This document shows positions 11,663-23,400 of a DNA stretch of 64,000 bases, piece by piece. Where the stretch lies: positions 173,905-237,904 of the forward strand of contig JAPDFW010000100.1 in assembly GCA_028826165.1 (NCBI GenBank), given 5' to 3'. This stretch comes from Anaeramoeba ignava BMAN (Eukaryota; Protista; Anaeramoebae). The translations under genes were made by a program, and so were the position numbers. Under the pieces are notes generated by a model. The model was not told the origin of the DNA. It did not search any database and saw only the letters and a list, made by a program, of their open reading frames with translations. How positions within the stretch are numbered: the first letter of the stretch is position 1; each line of letters begins with the position of its first letter.

Positions 11663-14576
11663 ATGTTACCAAAATATTGCAAAAAAGAAATTTCTCCAAC
11701 TGATAATATTAATATTTGTTTTATTGGAGATGGTAAAAATCAAATTTAAAAACAAAAAAAAATTTCAAAAAAAAAAATTAAAAAAAAAAAACAATTTTCA
11801 TTTTATAAAAGATGGGGTCGGAAAAACAACTTTAATAAACACATTTATAATTAAGCATTTTCCTTTACAAGTATCAAATACAAAATTTCCAAATTAAAAT
11901 ATTTAAGAAAACATATTCATTTATGGATATAATAATGATAGGTTCCTGACATTTTATTAGAATCCAAAATTCCAAAAGATTCCTCTCATTTCGAAAACAT
12001 ACTTACAATCATGGATACAACAACAAAAAGACTAGAATCAATGTATGCAAAGATGTCTGCATGTGATGTGCTTTGTCTTCTTTATTCCAAAGATAACTAT
12101 GAGTCTTTTTTTCAAGTTGAAAATTATTGGATTCCTTTAATCAAAAAATTGAACCTTTTAAAAATACCTATTATTCTTATTGAGACAAAAGCTGATTTAA
12201 AATCACAAACAAAAAAAATCACAAAAGAAAATATAGAAACATTATTACGCAATGAACCAGTATTTTATTGTTCTTGTTTTGCTTGTTTTTCTTCCAAATT
12301 AATTTCCGTTGAAATTTTTTAGATTTTTGAATTTTGTGCAAGTTGTTCATCAAGAGAACTTGATTCTGTTGATCAAGTCTTTTATATGATTGAGAAATCA
12401 TGTATTTATCCTCGATTCTTGTTATATGACCTTTCAAAGCAGGTTTAGATCTCTTTATTTTTGTTCAATTTTGGAATTGCTTATTTTTTTTAATTACTTT
12501 TTTTAATTTAGAATTTAACAAAAAAAGCTGTTGAAGTTTTTCAAGAAATATTTAATCAAATTGACCAAGATAAAGATAATTTACTTTCAAATCAAGAAAT
12601 TTCAAAACTTGAAGTATTTTTGATTGAAAATTTTAAAAAAAAATTTAAATCAAATTAAATTAAATCAAATCAAAAAAAAAAGTCTTTTGTTTTTCAATCA
12701 ACATTAAAAGATCAAGAAGTTCAAGGAATATTATCAGTTATTAAACAAAATTATCCGAATGGAATAACAAATGAAAAACTTAATTTTCAAGGATTTTTAT
12801 TTTTAATGAAAATATTTATTGAAAATGATGCAAATGAAACAACTTGGATGATTTTAAATAAATTTAATTTTCGGAAAAATTTAACGAAAAAAAAACATTT
12901 AAATAATTTAAAGTATATCAAAAAATCAAATAATTAAATATAAAAATGATTTAATTTGGAAATATTTATCAAATAATCAAATAATTAAATAATCAATCAA
13001 AAAGTGTTAAAGAAGAAAGTGGAAAGGTTAGAAATGAAAATAATAATAACAACAAATTTTAAAGAAATTTAATCAAAAGAAAAAAAAAATTTCTTTTTAA
13101 AATGAAAAATCAAAAGATTTTCGAATTAAATTCAAAAGGAATTCAATTTCTATTAAATTTATTCAAGAAACATGATCAAGATAATGATGGAGCATTAAGT
13201 AGATTAGAATTAAAAAATCTTTTTGAACCAATTGGAGGAATAATTTGGCCAGATAATTTTCAAGAAAATTCAATAAAAAATGATTCAGGAAATTTAACTT
13301 TAACTGGATTTCTTTCCCAATGGCAGTAAAATATAAATGATCCAAAAAAAAAGGATTTTATTTTAAGGATTAATTGATTGAATGATAAATTTATTTTCAT
13401 TTTTATTTTCATTTTCATTTTCATTTGAACTTGATTTAGATTAAGTTTAATGCTTGATCCTCAATTAACTATTAATTATTTGCATGAATTGGGTTTAGAT
13501 TTTCCAACACTTGATTTTATTTCAGTTTGTAAAAATAGGAATGTGGATTTTCAATCTAAACAAATTTTAAGAAATGTTTTGGTTGCTTTTGTTATTGGAA
13601 AACAAAAAACTGGAAAATCTTCTATTCTTAATGGTTTAATTGGAAATCCTTTTGATCCAACTTATATTCCAACAACAAAGATCAGAAATACTATAAATGA
13701 AGTTGATATTGGAGGAAGAACAAAATATCTTATTGTATATAAAAATTAAATTGAAATTTAAAATTAAATTCAAATGAAATTAAAATGAAATGAAATTTTA
13801 AAAAAATTAAATTGAAAATAAATTTAAAATGAAAAATAAATTAAAATGAAATTCAAATGAAATTAAAATGAAATTAAAATGAAATTTAAAATGAAATTTG
13901 AAATGAAATTTAAAATGAAATTCAAATGAAATTCAAATGAAATTTAAAATGAAATGAAATAAATTTAAAATTAAAATTAAATTCAAAATGAAATTTGAAA
14001 TGAAATGAAATTAAAAATTAAAATGAAATTTATTATTTAAATTCAAATTCAAAAAAAGTTATGCGAAATTCCAGAAAAAAGTGTTTCAAATTTATTAAAA
14101 TTCCCAGATTTCTGGAAACAATGTGATATTATATGCTTAGTTTATGAACAAGATAATATGGAATCATTTTATTTTATTGAAGAACTTTTATCTTTTTTTG
14201 AAAAAAAACCTTGCATTTTAATTCAAAACAAAACAGATTTATCAGATTTTTCAAAAAATAAAAAAGAAGAAATTCAAAAAATCTTTGAGAAAAAGAAAAT
14301 TAAAGAAGATTCAATATTAAAAGTATCAATGAAAACTGATCAACATATTGAAGATTTTTATACAAAAATAGCAAAAACAATTTTAAATCGGTAAAAAAAA
14401 TTTATATTTAAAATTTATATTTAAAATTTATTTAATTTTAATTTAAAAAAATATTTAGTTGGGATTATATTATTACTCAAAAAAGTTCTTTTGGTTGGGG
14501 TACTGGTTTATTAATTGGAATTGCTTTAGTTATTACAGTTTATCAAGTTTCAAAAAAAATGAACAAGAAAAAGTGA
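11663..14576 (+). CDS. RHOT: Mitochondrial Rho GTPase Miro/Gem1, multi-exon
   Basis: N-GTPase (IGDDGVGKT...IPIILIETKAD...CIYPRFLLYD), EF-hand DQDKDNLLS, ETTWMILNKF, EF-hand DQDNDGALSRLEL, GNLTLTGFLSQW, second GTPase (IGKQKTGKS, NKTD), C-terminal TM helix GTGLLIGIALVITVY plus basic tail; TGA at 14574-14576. Confidence 0.92.
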
Positions 14577-14837
14577 AAACAAAAACAATCAAAAAACAAA
14601 AACAATCAAAAATCAAATTTTTCTTTTCTTTTCTTTACTTTTTCTAAAACTTAAATAAATTCAAAAAAAAAAACAATTTTAGTTTACTTTCTCTTTTTAA
14701 AAAAAGTGGAACAAAAAATTTGTTTTAATTTTAAATTTTTTGTTGAGTATACAAATTATTTTATTCTTTCTAATGATTAATTTACTAATTAATTAATTAA
14801 TTTACTAATCAATTAATTCTTTTTTTTTCTTCTTCTT

Positions 14838-17800
14838 TTAATTAATTTTTGGTTTTTCTTGAATTTTTTGTGAATGATTTTGATTTGGTTTTGGATTTAG
14901 ATTATCATTATTAATTTTATTTGAATTATTATCATTATCAATTATTTCATTTCCATTTCCATTTCCATTTCCATTTTTATTTTTATTTTTATTTTTATTT
15001 TTATTTTTATATTGATTTTGATTTTGATTTTGATTTTGATTTTGATTTTGATTTTGATTTTGATTTTGATTTTGATTTTGATTTTGATTTTGATTTTGAT
15101 TTTGATTTTGATTTTGATTTTGATTTTGATTTTGATTTTCATTTTGATTTTGATTTTGATTTTGATTTTGATTTTGATTTTTATTTTGATTTTGATTTCC
15201 ATTTTCTTTTTCTTTTTGATTTTCATTTTGATTTTGATTTTGATTTTGATTTTCAAATAAATTTTTGTTTTTGATTTTTTGATTTTGATTTTTGATTTTG
15301 ATTTTGATTTTGATTTTGATTTTGATTTTCATTTTGATTTTGATTTTGATTTTGATTTTGATTTTGATTTTGATTTTGATTTTGATTTTGATTTTGGTTT
15401 GATTTTGATTTTGATTTTGATTTTCTTTTTCTTTATTTTCAAAACTTTTTGATAAATTTTTAATTAAATTTATTTGATTTTCATTTTTATTTTTTTCATT
15501 TATTTTATTTTGATTTTGATTTTCATTTATATTTTCATTTTATATTCTATATTTTCATTTATATCTATATTTATATCTATATTTTCATTTATATCTTCAT
15601 TTATATTTTCATTTATATTTTCATTTATATCATTTTCATTTATATTTTCATTTATATTTTCATTTAACACTTTCAGATCCCATTCATCTTTTGGAACATT
15701 TCCTTGAAAATGGTCATTTGGGATATTTCCTTGAAAATCATCCTTTGAAACATTTTCCTTTAAATCACTAAATTTATGTTGATCAAGAGTAAAATCAAAA
15801 TCAAAATTAACAAAATTTTGAGAAGAAGATCTATTTTCATGAGAAAGTTTTTCAAGTTCTTTTTATTTTTATAAGCTGAACGAGACTTAAGATTAATATC
15901 ACCCAATGATTTGTTTTTCTTGTGACCTAAAGGAAATTTTCTAGTTGTTCCTTCTAATAATCTACCAATTGAATCTTTTCCTAATTCGAATGCAAATTGA
16001 AGAGGTGTTTTACCATCTGAATTGGAAATATTTGGATTTGCTTTACTTTTAATAAGTAATTCCACAAGCTTAAAATTTCCTCTAATAACAGCTTTATGAA
16101 TTGGTGTCCATTCCTTAAATTAAGTGTTCATAAACGAGAAAAACTTGTTAATATATTTTATATGTTTTTTTAATTTTTGTTAATTTTTGTTAATTTTACA
16201 TTTTTATCTTGATGATTAACATCTGCTCCATGTGATATTAATATCTGAATTAAACGTAATTGGGAATTGGAACCACATGCAATATGTAATGGTGTACTAT
16301 TCTGTTTTGATATTATTGAATAAAAAGTTGAATTTTATTGTTAAATTTTTCATTTTAAATGAATAACTTTTTTCTTCAATTTTAACAAAAAAAAGATAAA
16401 TTTTTTTACATCAAAATTTGTTGAATTTACATTTGCTCCTTTTTGAAGTAATTCAAGACATGCAGAAACATTTCCTGATTCACAACAGAAATGTAAAGGA
16501 GTATTTCCCTAAATATTTATATATTTTGAATATTTTTATTATTTATATATTATGAATATTTTTATTAATAATATTTTGAATATTTTGAATATTTTTAATT
16601 TGAATATTTTAAATATTTTTATTCTGAATAATTTGAATATTTTTAATCTGAATATTTTTAATTTGAATATTTTTATATTTTGAATATTTTTAATTTGAAT
16701 ATTTTTATTATTTATATATTTTGAATATTTTTATTTTGAATAATTTGAATATTTTTAATTTGAATATTTTTATTAATAATATTTTGAATATTTTTATTTT
16801 GAATATTTTTAATTTGAATATTTTAAATATTTATATTCTGAATAATTTGAATATTTTTATATTTTGAATATTTTGAATATTTTGAATATTTTTTTACACA
16901 ATAATCTTTTTGATTATAATCTGCTCCCTTTTCAATTAAAAATCGAATAATACTTGCAGAACAAATTTGTGCTGCTGAATGTATTGGTTGCCATCCCTAA
17001 AAGAAATATATAAAGGAAATAATAAATCATTGAATTATTTTTTTTTGAAAATTTTTTACAGTTCTAGTTTCATTTTTAACATTTGCTGAATGTGAAACTA
17101 AAATTTCTAATAATTCAACAGAACAATTTGGATTTGAACAAGCATAATTTATTGGAGTTGCTCCCTATTAATAATCAATAAAAAAATTATTAAAATATTC
17201 TAAAATAGAAAAGAAAAGAGAAATTTACATTCTAAATTAAATATTAAATATTAAATTATTATTAAATATTATTAAATATTATTAAATATTAAATATTAAA
17301 TATTAAATATTATTAAATATTAAATATTAAATATTAAATATTATTAAATATTAAATATTAAATATTAAATAAATATTATTAAATATTCAAATATTATTAA
17401 ATATTATTAAATATTCAAATATTATTAAATATTATTAAATATTCAAATATTAAATATTATTAAATATTAAATATTAAATATTAAATATTAAATATTATTA
17501 AATATTAAATAATATTCAAATATTATTAAATATTATTAAATATTCAAATATACTTTGTTTTTTATATTTGTTTGTGCTCCAGAAAAAATTAGAGTTTTTG
17601 TCATTTCTAAATCTGCTAATTTACAACTAATATGTAATGGAGTATCTCCCTTTATTTTGATTAATTCAAATTATTTTTAAAAAAGATTTTTTTGTATTTT
17701 TAAAAAAATTTTTTTGTTTTTTTAGTTTAGTTTGCTAATCAAAAATTTAAAGAAAATAAAAAAATAAATCATTTTAAAAAGAAAATACATTTGGTCCAGG

Positions 17801-18012
17801 AAAATCAACTGGAGCTTTATATGATAAAAATAATTGAAGAATTTGTAATTTTTTAGAAAGAATTGTAAAATGAATAACAGGAACTCCCTTTAATAAAAAT
17901 AAGAATAATTTTCAATAAGTTTTTCTTAAAATTGTTTTTTAATTTCTTTTCATTTTCTTTTTACATTCTATTTTTTAATTTATTTTTTTAATTTATTTTG
18001 TTTTTTACTTTC

Positions 18013-18045
<33 letters not shown>

Positions 18046-18157
18046 TTTATTTTTTTACTGAATCTTTTTTTTGAAAATCAATTTTATTATTTTCAAGTAA
18101 CTTTTTTAATTTTATTGTGTCTCCTTTTTGAATACTTTTAAAAACATTATTTCCCAT
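14838..18157 (-). CDS. Ankyrin-repeat protein (~8 repeats, mostly one exon per repeat, two 3-nt microexons) with long N/Q-rich tail
   Basis: ATG 18157; exons begin GVPVIH, GDTPLH, GATPIN, GWQPIH, GNTPLH, NSTPLH, EWTPIH; all introns phase 0. The tail has apparent frameshifts, so the 3' end is approximate. Confidence 0.85.
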
Positions 18158-18309
18158 TTAAAATAAAAATAAAAATAAATGAAAAATGAAAAATGAAAAT
18201 TGAAAATTCGAAAAAAAAAATTTTTTTTATTGAATTTGGATTAAATCTAAATTAAATCTAAATAATTTAATTATAAATTTAATTATAAATTCTGAAATAA
18301 ATTTAATTA

Positions 18310-19000
18310 TAAATTCTGTTTTTAAATTGTTTTTAAATTGTTTTTAAATTGTTTTTAAATTGTTTTTAAATTGTTTTTAAATTGTTTTTAAATTGTTTTT
18401 AAATTGTTTTTAAATTGTTTTTAAATTGTTTTTAAATTGTTTTAAATTGTTTTTAAATTGTTTTTAAAATGTTTTAAAGTTTTAAATTGTTTTTAAATTG
18501 TTTTTAAATTGTTTTTAAATTGTTTTTAAATTGTTTTTAAATTTAATTATAAATTCTGTTTTAAAATTGTTTTTAAATTGTTTTTAAATTGTTTTTAAAT
18601 TGTTTTTAAATTGTTTTTAAATTGTTTTTAAATTGTTTTTAAATTGTTTTTAAATTGTTTTTAAATTGTTTTTAAATTGTTTTTAAATTGTTTTTAAATT
18701 GTTTTTAAATTGTTTTTAAATTCTGTTTTTAAATTGTTTTTAAATTGTTTTTAAAATTGTTTTTAAATTGTTTTTAAATTGTTTTTAAATTGTTTTTAAA
18801 TTTAATTATAAATTGTTTTAAAATTGTAGATTGTTTTTAAATTGTTTTTAAATTGTTTTAAAATTGTTTTTAAATTGTTTTTAAATTGTTTTTAAAGTTT
18901 TAAATTGTTTTTAAAGTTTTAAATTGTTTTAAAGTTTTAAATTGTTTTTAAAGTTGTAAATTGTTTTTAAAGTTGTAAATTGTTTTTAATTGTTGTAAAT
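18310..19000. repeat. Intergenic satellite (aaattgttttt)n, 11-bp unit
   Basis: Direct inspection. Confidence 0.95.
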
Positions 19001-19013
19001 TGTAATATAAAAT

Positions 19014-20363
19014 TTAGTATCTATAACCTCTTCCACGATATCTTCTTCCACGATATCCTCTTCCACGATATGGAGAATATCGATAAGAACGACCTCTAGT
19101 TCTTCTTGAATTTATAAGGATTTCTTGAAGTTCTTTATGAGTAGATGTATAATATCTTGGACGATTTCCTCTTCCTCTTCTATAACCACCATAATAAGAA
19201 TAAGGATAAGAATAAGGATATCGATAAGAAAATCTTGAAAGAACTGCAACTTCATCCATTTTTTTTGAATCACGAATAAAATTCAACCACGAAAAATCAT
19301 TGAGTTGATAAAAAATAACAGCATCTTCTGATTCAGTTAAAAATTGAGAATCCATTTCTTTAATTTCATCTGTATAAAAAAATTCAACTAATTTCTCAAT
19401 TGTTTTATATGATTTGTTTGAATAATCATGAACTGAATCTGAACTATCTTGAACACTTATAAACATTGATTTGAAAAGATTGCTTCTTGTTGTCAAAACA
19501 AATTTGTGTGCTTTGATTGGTTTCTCATCAACAATAATTGTAAAATCTTTGCCTTTTTCATCCAAATAAAGTCTTTTCATTGCTTCCATTATATCTTTTT
19601 TCTTGTTTTTCTTGATTAAATCGGGTTTTTTCAACTTCTCACAAAAATCCTTAACAATTTCTTCATTTTCAATTTCTCCTGTGTAAATAAAATTCCTAAA
19701 AACTAATACTTCATGAATTGTTTTACTTTTGAAAACTTCATAAATTTGATTAATATCATAAATTTCAAGTCGCGAAAAAATCCAACATTTATGAAATCCA
19801 ATACTTGAATCAATTGTTGAAATGTGAATATCAAATGATTCTAAACATTCTAATACTTCTTTAAGATCAGAAATAATACTAAAATATTGATCGATAAATT
19901 CATACAATTTCGTTAAATTATGTTCACCAATTGATCGATAAATATTTTTCACTGCTTGATCTCCATCTTTTATATCTGGGGTATCTATGTTTACTTCTTC
20001 AAACTTGATTTTATATGAATATGAATATATATATATATATGTATAAAAAATATTTTTCTTTTATTTGATTTTAATAAATACTTTTTTTGGTTTTTCTGCT
20101 CCATAATCAAATAATAATTTGAAAATCTTAAATGGTGTAAATTTTTTCATACAAACAAGAAGTGGTGTTATTTTCTTTTGGGAATTGAAATTGTATTTTT
20201 ATTTAGTAAAAAAAAATTATTTGTTGTTTTTTTGTTGTGATTTTGATAAATTTACACTCTATTTATTTTTTTTGATTTGTATTAGTTTATTTATATACTT
20301 ATATATTTAGAAAAGGAATGAAAAAAAAAAGTTTACATTCTAAAATTAGAAAAACAATTTGAG

Positions 20364-20401
<38 letters not shown>

Positions 20402-23400
20402 AAAATATTTATTTTTTTTTTCTTTTAAATAAAACTAACATCTGTTAAATTTGGATCTGCTCCATTTTTAAGTAAAAGTTCTAAAGTATCAAAGTTTTCA
20501 TGAGAACAAGCCATATATAAAGGTGTAATTCCCTAAAATAAAATCATTTATATTAACTAAAAATTAAAAATAATTTTTTTAATACTTACATTCTAATAAA
20601 TTTTTAAAATTAAAATTAAAATTAAATTTAAATTGAAAAATTTTTCTTTTTATTATTTACTTCCTTTTTATTTTCATTATTATTTTCATTATTATTTTCA
20701 TTATTATTTTCATTATTATTTTTATTATTATTTTCATTATTATTTTTATTTTCATTATTTTTATTATTATTTTTATTATTAATTTTACATCTTGTTTATT
20801 AATATCCACTTTATGATCTAATAATAACTGAACAATTTCTGGATTATCTTTTTGAGAGCAAACAAAATGGAGAGTATTACATTGCTAAAATTATATAAAA
20901 ATTATTTTAAAATCTCAAATTTAATGAATATTTAAAAATGACAAAATTTACATTCTATTTTTATTTTTTCCAAAAAAAAAATAAATATAAATTTGAAATT
21001 TTTCTTTTATAATAATACAGTCTAATCATTTCCAAATAAAAACAAAAACAAAAACAATTAGAAATGAAATTGTTTTTGTTTTCCAAAATAATTTCAAACA
21101 GTTAAAATATTAGGATCTGCTCCATGTTTTAATAATAAAGAAATTAATTCTTTATTAGGTTCTCTTATTCCACATATATAATGAAGTGGAGTTCGATTCT
21201 AAAAGAAATTTTATTTTTTTTTTTGGTATTAAATTACTTCTATTAAATAATTGATTTTTTATTGTATTACCTTTGATTCATCCTAAAACAAAAATTTGAA
21301 GAAAAGAAAGAAAAAATTAAAATCTAAAAATGAAAAAAAAAAAGAGAATAATAATGATTAATAAATTTTACACATTGAACATTTGGATCAGCTCCATGTT
21401 CTAATAAAAATTTAATGCAATCAATATTTTTCATATTTTTGCAAAGAATATGTAATGGTGTAAATCCCTTTTTCATAAATAAATAATATTAATATAATAA
21501 AAAATTTTTTTTTATTTTTAATAATCTTTATTTACAACCTTAAAAAGAAAAAGATTAATTTAGATTAATTTAAATGGAAAATTTTTCCTTTTTTTTTTAA
21601 TATTAAATGTTAAATTTACAGTCTAGAAAAATAATAAAAATGAATAAAAATCAAACAATTCAAATTCTTAAAACAAATTTACAGATTTTTTGTTTATATC
21701 TAATTTGTAATCAAGTAATAACTGAAACATTTCCAACTTAGGATTTAAAGATGATGCCAAATGAAAAGCATTCTCTTGCTAATAAATAAAATAATTATTT
21801 TGATTTGATTAAAAAAAAACCATTTTAAGAAATTTATAAAAAATAAATCTTTTTTACTTGCTTTAAATTTTTTAATAATTTTTTTTCAAATTTAATAATA
21901 AATTTTCTTTCAGAAAGAAAAAATGAAATATAAATCTAAATACGTTCTAAAATTTTTTAAAAAATAAATAATAAATTAATTGAATATATTATTTTATTTA
22001 TTTTTAATCATCAAAATTATGAATTACATTTAATGTATCAATATTAGCTCCAGAAGATATTAAATATTGAATAGTTTCCATAAATCCTGAAACGAAAGCA
22101 ACATGTAAAGGAGTTCTTCCCTAATATCCATTTTAAATTATTTTAAATTAAATTTCAATAAATAAAAATAATAAAAATATCATTTTACAGCCTAAAAATA
22201 AAAATAAAAATAAAAATTTTATTAACAAAAATTGTTTTTTTTTGGAATTGATTCAATAATAATTTTTATTTACATACTAAAATTATTATTAAATTTAAAA
22301 TTATTATTAAAATTATTTTGAAAAATAAAAATACATCTTTTGCATTAATATATGATCCAGAATCAACTAAAAATTTAATAATTTTAAGATTATCTTGATT
22401 TCTGCATGCAATATGAAGAGGTGTTTGCTAATAAAATTTAAATTAAAATTTATATATTTTTTTAATAATAATAAATTGATTTTGAAAAATTTACAATATT
22501 TTCAATCTATAATTTTAATATATATAAATATGTATTAAATTTAAATTTAATAAAAAACACAAAAAAAATTGATTAAAATTTAACATTTTCATATTTAAGA
22601 ATTGCACCATGTTCAACAAGTAATTTAATAATTTCAAAATTTTTCTTTTGACTTGCAGCACAAAGTGGTGTAAAATTCTAATAAAAAAATTAAAAGAGAA
22701 AATTAATAAATTTCTATAAATAAATAAGATTATCTATTAGTTGTTTACATCCTTTTAAAAAAGAATAAATTATAATTTTCAAAATCAAAATCAAAAATCA
22801 AAAATATTATATTATATTATATTATACATCATTTCCATTTACTTTAGCTCCATATTCTAAAAGAAATTTTACAAGTTCTAATTTTTCTTGTAAGCATGCA
22901 ACATGTAAAGGTGTTTTTCCCTAATATCCATTTTAAATTAAATTAAATTAAATTAAATTTGAATAAATAATAATATTATTTTACACTCTAAAAAATTTTA
23001 TTTTATTAACAAAAATTGTTTTTTTTTGGAATTGATTCAATAATAATTTTTATTTACATACTAAAATTAATATTATTATTAAATTTAAAATTATTATTAA
23101 AATTATTTTGAAAAATAAAAATACATCTTGTGCATTAATATCTGATCCAGAATCAATTAAAAATTTAATCACTTCAATATTATCTTGATTTCTGCATGCA
23201 ATATGAAGAGGTGCTTGCTAATAAAATTTAAATTAAAATTTATATATTTTTTTAATAATAATAAATTGATTTTGAAAAATTTACAATATTTTCAATCTAT
23301 AATTTTAATATATATAAATATGTATTAAATTTAAATTTAATAAAAAACACAAAAAAAATTGATTAAAATTTAACATTTTCATATTTAAGAATTGCACCAT

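Noticed and set aside
18009-18011. Extra gag|AAA|gt microexon in the second ankyrin gene
   Set aside because: It has a GAG acceptor, would leave unusually short introns (47 and 41 nt), and the D-S-N-G consensus is already complete without it.
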